From: Staphylococcus sp. CAG:324
Lineage (GTDB): Bacteria; Bacillota_I; Bacilli_A; ML615J-28; CAG-313
Direction: 5' to 3'
Assembly: GCA_000433035.1 (NCBI GenBank)
Contig: FR890814.1
Coordinates: forward strand, 5,443-69,442
Length of the DNA: 64,000 nucleotides
Shown here: one piece after another, positions 38,538 through 47,141 of the stretch
How the letters are laid out: each line of letters opens with the position of its first letter
Numbering within the stretch: position 1 is the stretch's first letter
Notes under the pieces: generated by a model
The model's database searches: none
Told to the model about the DNA's origin: nothing
The model's input: only the letters and a program-made list of their open reading frames with translations
Translations under genes and position numbers: made by a program

Positions 38538-39852
38538 TTGTATACCTCTTGTTAAAAATAGTATATTTTAGATTATAATCTATATCATTTTTTTTATAAT
38601 TTATATTTAAATTACTATTATTTAATTTCTCTATCATATAAAACTTTAATATTTTAAAAACAAGTTGGCACCAATTATAATTAAAATCATTAGTATTATC
38701 ATATATTGCTTTACAACCACCTCCACAATGATAAAATGCAAAACATTTATTACAATTTTTTAATTTATCATTATTATTTTTTACTATATTATTAACATTA
38801 TTATTATCTATTTCTATAGTTTTATTTATCTCCCCTATTTTATATAAATTATTTTTTGAATTTTTATCAAATTGAATGCAAGATGTTAAAAATCCATTTG
38901 GATGACAATATATTGTATTTAACGAAGTTCCTTTACAATATCCATTTAATCTCAATTCTTCACCTATAAAAGATTTAGCTCTTTCTTTTAGTACTTTTCT
39001 AGCATCTTTATATATATTTAAATATTCATCATTACTAATAGTATTTATAAAATTATTTCCATCAATAGTAGGAACATATCTTGTAAACTGAACTGATGAT
39101 AATTTTGGAACATTATTTAAAAAAAATTTAGCAATTTTTTCACCAAATCCAATTGATTTATTGGTTAATACTGTATTAAAACTAACTTTGCAATTATTTT
39201 CAGAAATGTATCTAGCATTTTTAATTACTATCATTGTAATGTCCTTACCAGATATACTCTGCCTAGTAAAACCATTTATTTCTGAAGGTCCATCAATTGA
39301 AAAACATACTTCATTAAAATTTTCACTTAACCATTTAGCTTGATTTATACTAAAAAAACCATTTGTTATTATTCTTTTCAAACAAAGAGTATTATTTTCT
39401 TTGCATTTTTTTATTGCATATTGAATAAATCTTTTTAATAATGAAAAATTATATGTTGGCTCACCACCGCCATGAAAAGTTAAGTCAATCCATGGAGTTT
39501 TTTTATTAATAATTTTAGCATTATTTATTAATATATTTACTATTTTTTTATATTTATTAAAACTTAGAAAACTATTATTACAATTAGTGCCAGAAGATGA
39601 ATAACAATATTTACACTTTAACATACATTTGTTACTTATAATTATTGTAGCAGAATTCCCATAATATTTATTCCCTATTATCAATCTAGTTTTGCTATTA
39701 AATTTATTAATTGTTCTACAACCTAAATACTTAAAAACTATATTATTTATATCTTCTATATCCAAATCATTTGCTTCTATTACTAAATCATATTTTGGAA
39801 CATAATAAAATTTTTCCAATTTAAATACATTTAACACATTTTTTTCCTCCAT
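38524..39852 (-). CDS. Radical SAM enzyme with a C-terminal SPASM domain (RiPP maturase).
   Basis: CMLKCKYC is a Cx3Cx2C motif. The C-terminal Cys cluster is CKGTSLNTIYCHPNGFLTSC...CNKCFAFYHCGGGCKAIY. The ~70-aa N-terminal extension may be an RRE. Confidence 0.75.
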   Translation of the reverse strand: MEEKNVLNVFKLEKFYYVPKYDLVIEANDLDIEDINNIVFKYLGCRTINKFNSKTRLIIGNKYYGNSATIIISNKCMLKCKYCYSSSGTNCNNSFLSFNKYKKIVNILINNAKIINKKTPWIDLTFHGGGEPTYNFSLLKRFIQYAIKKCKENNTLCLKRIITNGFFSINQAKWLSENFNEVCFSIDGPSEINGFTRQSISGKDITMIVIKNARYISENNCKVSFNTVLTNKSIGFGEKIAKFFLNNVPKLSSVQFTRYVPTIDGNNFINTISNDEYLNIYKDARKVLKERAKSFIGEELRLNGYCKGTSLNTIYCHPNGFLTSCIQFDKNSKNNLYKIGEINKTIEIDNNNVNNIVKNNNDKLKNCNKCFAFYHCGGGCKAIYDNTNDFNYNWCQLVFKILKFYMIEKLNNSNLNINYKKNDIDYNLKYTIFNKRYTNENN

Positions 39853-39865
39853 TTAAAACTATAAG

Positions 39866-39884
39866 GGAGGATTAATACCTCCCA
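39866..39884 (-). promoter_or_regulatory. GC-rich intercistronic stem-loop GGGAGG-uauuaau-CCUCCC between the precursor and rSAM genes.
   Basis: 6-bp G/C stem in otherwise ~20 % GC DNA. Only a weak U-tract follows, suggesting a partial terminator or processing/stability element of the kind common after RiPP precursor genes. Confidence 0.4.
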
Positions 39885-39902
39885 CTTTGATAAACGTATT
39901 AA

Positions 39903-40016
39903 TTAAGCACATTTATCATAACCATAACCATCATCATTATCTTTTCCAGTTGAACCAGTTAATTCAAACATATCACCTAAAATAATATATGATGGCTTTT
40001 CATAATTATTATTCAT
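39903..40016 (-). CDS. Lasso peptide precursor of 37 aa: MNNNYEKPSYIILGDMFELTG | STGKDNDDGYGYDKCA.
   Basis: RBS AAAGGAGGTG lies 7 nt upstream. The leader matches YxxPxLx3Gx5Tx (Y5, P8, G14, T20; only L is replaced by Y), with the penultimate leader residue Thr. The core begins with Ser, has Asp at positions 7 and 8 for isopeptide formation, and has bulky Tyr in the tail. This is the only sizeable intergenic gap in the operon. Confidence 0.6.
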   Translation of the reverse strand: MNNNYEKPSYIILGDMFELTGSTGKDNDDGYGYDKCA

Positions 40017-40031
40017 TATTGACACCTCCTT

Positions 40032-41468
40032 TCAGACTTTTAATACGGGAAACCTTGATATTTCAATAAATTGCTTTTTTATTATATTAGAATCAGTAAT
40101 AACTATTTCATCTATTTCTACCCATGAATGAAATTCGAATAAATTAGTAATATGATACGAAGATTTACCAATTACGACTTGAGATGGAATTCCAATAGTA
40201 ATTAGTGCTGTACACAAAGATATTGATCTTTCTAAGCATAGCATACCTTCATTATTTTCTTTACCAATCTTACGTAAAATCGGAATAATTTTACTAACAT
40301 AATTACAAAAATCAATACTAGAATAGTTTAAAGTGTTTTGTTCAATTAAATATTTATTTTTATGAAACAAAGTATTTATTAGTTTTATAGCATAAGAAAC
40401 CCCTTTTTTATGAATTAATGAAATAGATTTTATATAATTTCTAGTCATATGTTCAAAATCCGTAGAATTTATTTCAAAAGAATTTTTGACCAATTCTTCG
40501 TTATACAAAAGAGTCATTAATTTATCATAACAAAATGTTTCATTTATATCCATATATAATTGGTTAACATTACATACATTTGGATAATTAACTATATATT
40601 TATCAACATTATTAGCTAAATTAATTAACAAATTTATTTTCTTGTTTAAAAATGGACTCAATATATTTGTTTGATAATTTAAAATATTTTTTATAAAATT
40701 ATAATTATTCAATAATTCTATTTGATATATATTATTTTTTTTAGTTCCTAAAATTATAACTTTACTTAATTTTATAGTATTTTGATATTGTATATTTTGG
40801 AAATAATATTTTTTACTTTTTGTTAATAAAACACTATCAAAATCTATTGGTTGCTTATCTAAACTTTTTTTTATTCCAATACCAACATTAATTCCTTGAC
40901 AATTCAATTGTTTATCTATTATACAAAAAACATCATCACTCAAAATTTCATAATTATATTTATTATTTAATTCTATAGATATTGATGTCTTACCATACCC
41001 AGACTTTCCCAACAACGCTACTCCTTCATTTGTTGTTTTATTAACCAATAATGCTCCATGAAAAATTATTTTGTTATTTTCTAAAAACGCAATGGATAAT
41101 GGATCTAAAAAATACTGAAAAAACATATTTCTTTTATTATATATTTTTTTTATATAGAAAATAAACTTTTTTTTCAAAAATAACCATTTTGCATAACTTC
41201 CATCTTTATAAAAAATATTATATTCTTGATTGTTTTTATCATAAATAAAACTACCAATTAATAATTCATATTTAATTCCTTTCTTATGAATTTTGGGTAT
41301 ATAATTATTATCAAAATTATATTCAAATATGTAACTTTCCTTATTTGCTATATGATTATTTTTACAATTTGAACCTAAAATATTGAATATAAAATTTGTA
41401 TTTTCTAAATCATTCGTTTTTATTTCAAAATTTTCACCAAATACATTAAATTTTAGTATATCATTCAT
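40032..41468 (-). CDS. Fusion protein with an N-terminal HPr-kinase-like (HprK C-terminal domain) kinase and a C-terminal lasso B2 transglutaminase-like leader peptidase.
   Basis: The kinase part reads FHGALLV...GVALLGKSGYGKTSISIEL...ILSDDVFCI, which follows the HprK P-loop pattern HG.lv..G.G.L..G.SG.GKSE.aLEL....L..DD. The peptidase part reads EGMLCLERSISLCTALITIGIPSQVVIGKSS...FEFHSWVEIDEIVITD, giving a Cys-His-Asp triad as in McjB-type B2. Confidence 0.6.
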   Translation of the reverse strand: MNDILKFNVFGENFEIKTNDLENTNFIFNILGSNCKNNHIANKESYIFEYNFDNNYIPKIHKKGIKYELLIGSFIYDKNNQEYNIFYKDGSYAKWLFLKKKFIFYIKKIYNKRNMFFQYFLDPLSIAFLENNKIIFHGALLVNKTTNEGVALLGKSGYGKTSISIELNNKYNYEILSDDVFCIIDKQLNCQGINVGIGIKKSLDKQPIDFDSVLLTKSKKYYFQNIQYQNTIKLSKVIILGTKKNNIYQIELLNNYNFIKNILNYQTNILSPFLNKKINLLINLANNVDKYIVNYPNVCNVNQLYMDINETFCYDKLMTLLYNEELVKNSFEINSTDFEHMTRNYIKSISLIHKKGVSYAIKLINTLFHKNKYLIEQNTLNYSSIDFCNYVSKIIPILRKIGKENNEGMLCLERSISLCTALITIGIPSQVVIGKSSYHITNLFEFHSWVEIDEIVITDSNIIKKQFIEISRFPVLKV

Positions 41469-41721
41469 TTATCAATATTCCAATACTTATCATACTATTA
41501 ACAAATTCGTTGTAATCTTTTTCAATTATACTTGTATCTATATTATATTTTTCTTTCATAAATTGAATAATTTCAAACGAAGTTTTTCCCTTTTTTATTA
41601 AATCTAAAATACAATAACTTGTATAATTTATAGAAATAAATTGTCCATTATTTAAATTAGTAATAATTGCTTCTTCATCTATTAAAGTAATATCAACATT
41701 TTTAGATATATTTAATTTCAT
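41461..41721 (-). CDS. Lasso B1 protein (PqqD-like RiPP recognition element).
   Basis: At 86 aa it fits a PqqD-family fold (TSFEIIQFMKEKYNIDTSIIEKDYNEFVNSMISIGIL). It overlaps both neighbouring genes. Confidence 0.65.
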   Translation of the reverse strand: MKLNISKNVDITLIDEEAIITNLNNGQFISINYTSYCILDLIKKGKTSFEIIQFMKEKYNIDTSIIEKDYNEFVNSMISIGILINE

Positions 41722-43258
41722 AATTTTCCTCCATCTTTTTTAACCAATTAAAAACCAATATTGTATCTATTATTAAAAATTTATATTTTATTATTTCATT
41801 TTTATTATTTAATATTTTATCTATAACTTTAAAATCAAAGAAACAAGAAAAATTACTTTTCTTAATTTGATTTATTTTATAAATTATTTTATCAATTGAA
41901 TTAAATAATAATTTTTCACTTAAAACTCCATAACAACTTTTTGAATTTCTTGAAATTATAGAAAAAGGTATATTTTCTTTAAAAGCAAATTTTAAAATAG
42001 GTTTAGCAATGATTTTTCCACCATAAGGTAATGCTTTATAAATTTTAGGAATACTATTTGAGAAAGATATTAAATCTTTATCTATATATGGATTTATATC
42101 TATTACATTATATTTATTAGCTAAATATAATCTCATTGCTTCTCTTTGTAATAAAACCGCATATAGTCTTTGATTATTTGACTTAACATTTTCACATTTA
42201 ATAAATGTTTTTTTTCCTTCTATTTGTTCATTTATAACATATGGAACATCTATAAATTCTACAATTCCATTTAAATGATTTAAATACGATTTTTTAAAAA
42301 AACTACTAACATTTATAAATATTTTATCGTCATTAAATCTTTGTAAATATCCTCCAAAAATTCCATCACCATTTAATCCACTTAAAATATACTTTATATT
42401 TTTTTCTTTCATAAATTGGTAGGTTTTATCCCACCAATAAATACTTGTATGAATAAATGGATATATAATATTTTCATTTAATAATAAATATTCATCTATA
42501 TTATTAATTTTATCAGACATATCAATAAATATTAATTGAATATTATATCTTTTACAAAACTCTACTGCAAAATTACTTTCATCCACTTGATAATATTTAT
42601 TTGATGTCCAATGTATACAAATAAAGTCTTTCTTTAATAAATATAAACAATAAGCAATTACAATAGAATCTATTCCACCACTCATTGAAACACAAATTTT
42701 ACTATTTATTCCTTTTGTTCTTTTTTCTACTGACTTAATAACCAATTTTTTTGCTTCTTTTACGTAATCATTAAAAGTATATAAATTATATTTTATATCC
42801 TTTTCAATACAATTTTGATAAAGTATCTTTAATTTATTATTATCTATTGATACTAAAGTTCCATAATCTATTAATTTTATATTATTAAAAGGAAAAAAAT
42901 AATTTCTTTGTATAATTCCTAATATAGCTTGTTTATCAATTTCAATTATTTCTTTTTTTAAATATAAATTATAGTAATCATCTGTTACTAACAGCATATT
43001 ATTTATATTTTTATAATATAATATGACATTTGATGTATTGGATATATATATATAATCTAAACCTCTATAATTAAAAATTAAAATACAGTCTCCATCAATT
43101 TCTTGAAATTTAATACCATTATCTATAAATAAAAGAATTTTTTCAATAATATTTTTAATATCATCAAATATTCTTCCTAATACAATTATTTTGATTAAAT
43201 TATTATGAACTTTAATCTGATATTCTTCCTTATATGTTTTAGTAATTATAATTTTCAT
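41702..43258 (-). CDS. Lasso cyclase C (asparagine synthetase B-like, ATP-dependent macrolactam synthetase).
   Basis: PP-loop SMSGGIDS. Size and neighbourhood fit. Confidence 0.65.
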   Translation of the reverse strand: MKIIITKTYKEEYQIKVHNNLIKIIVLGRIFDDIKNIIEKILLFIDNGIKFQEIDGDCILIFNYRGLDYIYISNTSNVILYYKNINNMLLVTDDYYNLYLKKEIIEIDKQAILGIIQRNYFFPFNNIKLIDYGTLVSIDNNKLKILYQNCIEKDIKYNLYTFNDYVKEAKKLVIKSVEKRTKGINSKICVSMSGGIDSIVIAYCLYLLKKDFICIHWTSNKYYQVDESNFAVEFCKRYNIQLIFIDMSDKINNIDEYLLLNENIIYPFIHTSIYWWDKTYQFMKEKNIKYILSGLNGDGIFGGYLQRFNDDKIFINVSSFFKKSYLNHLNGIVEFIDVPYVINEQIEGKKTFIKCENVKSNNQRLYAVLLQREAMRLYLANKYNVIDINPYIDKDLISFSNSIPKIYKALPYGGKIIAKPILKFAFKENIPFSIISRNSKSCYGVLSEKLLFNSIDKIIYKINQIKKSNFSCFFDFKVIDKILNNKNEIIKYKFLIIDTILVFNWLKKMEENYEIKYI

Positions 43259-43274
43259 AATTAATACCTACATT

Positions 43275-44759
43275 TTATTTTATCAATAATGGTTTTCTAT
43301 AATATGGCTGTATACAAAAACATTTAAAAATAGAATTATTTTTTAATTTATACAAATACATATTAAATCCAATATTTCTATTTATATCTAAATAATGAGG
43401 AAATTTATTTAAATCAATTATTAAAGTTGTTTCTACTAATCCATTCTTAATTTTAACTATTTCATCAATATACCCATAATAAAATTCCTTTTCTTTTTCA
43501 TAATCATATAAAGAATTAAATGTTGGTGCATAAAATAAACTTTTTATTATATTATTATTTATCATACGTAAAGTTATAGGTATATATGGATCTATAAATT
43601 CACCAGTTTTTCTATATCCAAATATATTTAAATGAATTACCATATTTTCTTCCATTCTAGGTTTTATTTGTATATATAAAAGATTATCTTTTTTTATGTA
43701 TTTAAAATCAGTTATTATATTGTTGTAAAATACTAAATGATGAGGTAATACCTTATTTCTTTTTGTAAAATTAAAATAACCTAAATAATATTTTTCAAAA
43801 TATTTAATTAATTCTAAATTATTAAAAAATCTATCAAATATAGCCAAATTATCTAATAAATCATCATTATCTTTAATTTTATTTTTTAATAACTTTTTAC
43901 ATTTCAATAAAATAGTTTTATCATTAAAAATATAACTTAACTCTAAAAATATTTTGGATACCATTTTTAATGAAACATTATTATAACGTAAAATAAAAAT
44001 TATTTCATGATAGTCAAAATAAATAAAATATTTTTTTATGTACAAATATAAATCAATTGCATATTGTAAATTTATTTTTTTTTGATTTCTTAAAAACTCT
44101 ATATTTCTTGTAAACTCTAAATAATATATAATTAAACAACAAAATGTTTCATTTAAATTAAATGTTTTTACATTATTAGATAATATTTCTATTTGATTAA
44201 TTGTTTTTATTAGAGGTTTATACAAATGAAATTTTGTTTTTAATTCAATAGTAATAACTTGTTTTTTATATATTACTAATATCTTTTTTTCTCCACAAAT
44301 TTCAATTGTTTTATTCCTTATATCTTTAAATTTTTTAAATTTATTTCTAACTAAATCTACAAACTTTTCCTCTTCATCATTACTAATAATAATATCTATA
44401 TCATCAAACTGTCTTATATTATGTAAATCATATATTAATTTTTCTAAAATTATTCCTTTATAAAGGATATAATTTATATGGTTTTCTTCAAGTAGCTTTA
44501 TTAATTCAATAAATACTTCATTATATATATTTTTTTTTACTAATAAATATTTTTTTATACTATGAATTTTATTTGCAATATTTAAAAATTTTTTAATATT
44601 TAATAATTTAGAATAAAACCTTAAAAATATTTTTTGATTATATAATAATCTTAGCACTTCCTGACAATCAATGTCTGCAAAATAATCATTTTCTAGATTT
44701 TCATTCCTTATTAAACTTACTATAAATTTTTCTTCTTTTTTTATAATTTTTTCCTCCAT
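43275..44759 (-). CDS. Putative nucleotidyltransferase (NTP_transf_5-like) of the kind found in Firmicute kinase-associated lasso clusters.
   Basis: YKGIILEKLIYDLHNIRQFDDIDIIIS is a GS/hG...D.D-type nucleotidyltransferase motif. Confidence 0.45.
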   Translation of the reverse strand: MEEKIIKKEEKFIVSLIRNENLENDYFADIDCQEVLRLLYNQKIFLRFYSKLLNIKKFLNIANKIHSIKKYLLVKKNIYNEVFIELIKLLEENHINYILYKGIILEKLIYDLHNIRQFDDIDIIISNDEEEKFVDLVRNKFKKFKDIRNKTIEICGEKKILVIYKKQVITIELKTKFHLYKPLIKTINQIEILSNNVKTFNLNETFCCLIIYYLEFTRNIEFLRNQKKINLQYAIDLYLYIKKYFIYFDYHEIIFILRYNNVSLKMVSKIFLELSYIFNDKTILLKCKKLLKNKIKDNDDLLDNLAIFDRFFNNLELIKYFEKYYLGYFNFTKRNKVLPHHLVFYNNIITDFKYIKKDNLLYIQIKPRMEENMVIHLNIFGYRKTGEFIDPYIPITLRMINNNIIKSLFYAPTFNSLYDYEKEKEFYYGYIDEIVKIKNGLVETTLIIDLNKFPHYLDINRNIGFNMYLYKLKNNSIFKCFCIQPYYRKPLLIK

Positions 44760-44782
44760 TAAAATATTTTAAATATAAAATT

Positions 44783-45259
44783 TTATAATAAAAATTCACA
44801 TAATGTTTGATTATTATAATCCCCATAATAATAATCTATCAATTCTAAAGATTTTCCATTTATTTTAAATAACTCTAAATTAATATTTTTTTGTGAAATA
44901 TTTTTAAAAAATTCTATATCTTTTTTTACTATTTTTTGAATTTCTAATTGTTTTATATATGAATTTATAGTAAACTCACTTAAACTTTTAGACAAATTTA
45001 AACTTTCAATTTCATAACAATATTCCATTGAATCATAATTTATTGGCATACTATTGGTAACAAATATATTATTATTATCATTTCTAATTATTATTGGGTA
45101 ATTGCAATTATAATTATCTATAAAATTAATAAATAAAATATAATTAATAAAAGTGATTTGGTTATCAAAAAAGCAATTGATTATTAATTTTTCATTTTTT
45201 AAAATAATTTGTATTTTAATATCTCTTACTTTAGTATTAATAATTTTTTTAGATTCCAT
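44783..45259 (-). CDS. Hypothetical protein of 158 aa, the first gene of the island operon.
   Basis: Intact ORF with a GGAGG RBS. Confidence 0.35.
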   Translation of the reverse strand: MESKKIINTKVRDIKIQIILKNEKLIINCFFDNQITFINYILFINFIDNYNCNYPIIIRNDNNNIFVTNSMPINYDSMEYCYEIESLNLSKSLSEFTINSYIKQLEIQKIVKKDIEFFKNISQKNINLELFKINGKSLELIDYYYGDYNNQTLCEFLL

Positions 45260-45302
45260 AAATACTTAACCTCCATTATATATTTAAATAATTTTCGATT
45301 TT

Positions 45303-45345
45303 ATTATACATTTTTTTGTGTGTATATTTTGTCAATATTTGTAAA
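45303..45345 (-). promoter_or_regulatory. Island operon promoter with an extended -10 TGTATAAT and an upstream TTGACA at non-canonical spacing.
   Basis: Minus strand reads TTGACAAAATATACACACAAAAAAATGTATAATAAAATCG. Confidence 0.4.
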
Positions 45346-45377
45346 AAAAATTAAATAAATAATATTTATATATTATT

Positions 45378-45459
45378 TTTTATTAGTAATTATTGGTACT
45401 GCACGTTGGTAATTTAAACCAAACTCTCAAAAAGGTTCTAGAAGGAACCTTTTTTGATT
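45378..45459. repeat. Right copy of the 82-bp direct repeat. It is an orphan duplicate of the yjcZ 3' end plus terminator and carries one G-to-A difference in the terminator loop.
   Basis: It aligns to 36720-36801. Confidence 0.8.
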
Positions 45460-46127
45460 GAATAATCATTAATAAACTTGTTTTCATTCATTACTAAAAA
45501 AAATATTGATTATTTATAACTTATCAACCATAAAAGTACATCATAGAATACATGTAAATGATAAAAATTTCAAAACATATCAACATTACCAAATAGCCAA
45601 AAGATTGTTCAAGGCAGAAACTATTGAAATATTGAAAGAAGCAAATAAAGAACCATATAAAAATTATTCTCCCTCTTCAACCAGTCTAATTCTAATGCCT
45701 ATTGTTGGCAAAACTGCTCACTATTCTTTCTACCTCAAACAAATACATACATAAAAACTACAATCGGTCAAACTATTACTCAAATATTGACTAAAATGAA
45801 CAATAATGAATTGCTCTTCATCATCTAGTATCATTACAAGTATGGAATAAAAATAGACCTCTTCACAATTGATAAATTACATATGATTTTCTAATGGTTC
45901 TTTAGTAAAATTTAAAATAAATATTATTCTATTCTTCACAATACATGAAGCATTTCAATGTCATTATTTATAATAATACTAGTGCAACTACTATAGATGA
46001 TAAGATAGAATTAGAATACGATATGAAACATAAATTTGGTTAATCAAAAATTTTTTAAAAACTAAGTCTAATTTATTTCTTTTATTCTCTTTTTTTAGTA
46101 TAATAAATTCAAAGAGGTAACAAAATT

Positions 46128-46706
46128 ATGATTTTAATGAAAGATATTATTAAAGAAGGAAATCCTATCCTTCGTCAAAAATGCCTTGATGTAGAACTTC
46201 CTTTAAAAGAGGCCGATGAAAAAATAATTCAAACTATGATTGAGTATTTGATAAACTCTCAAGATGATGAACTTGCTAAAAAATACAATTTAAGACCTGG
46301 CGTAGGTCTTGCGGCACCCCAAATTGGAATAAATAAAAACATGTTGGTTATTTTAGCCTATGATGAAGATGGTAACTTTCATTTTTACCCAATGATTAAT
46401 CCAAAACTTTTAAGTTACTCTGAAGAAAAAACTTATTTAGAAGGTGGTGAAGGATGTCTTTCGGTTGATCGCGAGGTCAATGGATATGTGCATAGAGCTA
46501 AACGAGTCACTGTCGAAACAAATTTATATAATCACGGAAACCTTGTTCACACAAGGTTACGACTTAAAAACTATATCTCAGTTGTTTTTCAACATGAATA
46601 CGATCATTTAAACGGCATCTTATTTGTAGATCGTATTAATCACCAAAATCCTTTTGAAATTTTGCCTAATTCAACTGCAGTCAAATTTAAAAATGATGAT
46701 GAATAG
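46128..46706 (+). CDS. def: Peptide deformylase.
   Basis: GVGLAAPQIG, EGCLSV and QHEYDHLNG motifs. Confidence 0.85.
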   Translation: MILMKDIIKEGNPILRQKCLDVELPLKEADEKIIQTMIEYLINSQDDELAKKYNLRPGVGLAAPQIGINKNMLVILAYDEDGNFHFYPMINPKLLSYSEEKTYLEGGEGCLSVDREVNGYVHRAKRVTVETNLYNHGNLVHTRLRLKNYISVVFQHEYDHLNGILFVDRINHQNPFEILPNSTAVKFKNDDE

Positions 46707-46787
46707 TTTTTTATCCATCAATTGAAACTATCTTTTTACGAATAAAATACTACTAATTGGTTCGTCAATTAGTAGTATTTTTTATCA

Positions 46788-47141
46788 TTATTTAAATATC
46801 TCTTTTATCAAATCAAAATTTTGAAAAAAATTAAGGATAAGACCGATTAAAAAACTTGTTAGATTTAAAATAAATGATATTTTTATAGCTTTTTTAAAAC
46901 TTTTAAAATATATCAGATAAAAGCAACCTTCAATCAAAACAATTAAACTTTCTAAAACAATACATATTGTTGCATAAAACAAATATGTCTGAAAAGGATA
47001 ATTGAGCAAAAAATAATTAAGGGCAAGATTGGTTACCGTATTTATTATAATAGAGAATACATATATTCGATAATTTTTATATCCTAAAATGAATAACATC
47101 CCATTTTCAATTATTAAAGTCAAAATTAATGCTTTTATCAT
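46788..47141 (-). CDS. Small polytopic membrane protein of 117 aa.
   Basis: Three to four hydrophobic helices. It overlaps the upstream MFS gene (ATGA). Confidence 0.4.
   Translation of the reverse strand: MIKALILTLIIENGMLFILGYKNYRIYVFSIIINTVTNLALNYFLLNYPFQTYLFYATICIVLESLIVLIEGCFYLIYFKSFKKAIKISFILNLTSFLIGLILNFFQNFDLIKEIFK

Larger units (their letters stand above)
36720..45459. mobile_element. An 8.7 kb genomic island bounded by 82-bp direct repeats. It carries no integrase or transposase, is even more AT-rich than its surroundings, and holds a lasso-peptide/rSAM RiPP cluster.
   Basis: Direct repeats, a compositional shift judged by eye, and eight genes all on the minus strand in one operon. 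Confidence 0.6.

Noticed and set aside
36720-45459. An integrase or transposase inside the island.
   Set aside because: All eight ORFs are accounted for by RiPP functions, and none shows recombinase motifs (the R..H..R..Y or DDE motifs). Possible remnants outside the right repeat were not confidently identifiable.
45506-45754. An 82-aa plus-strand ORF just outside the right direct repeat.
   Set aside because: It has no RBS and no recognisable domain, and sits in an ORF-poor AT-rich spacer. It is more likely non-coding or a remnant than a gene, and is mentioned only as possible island debris.
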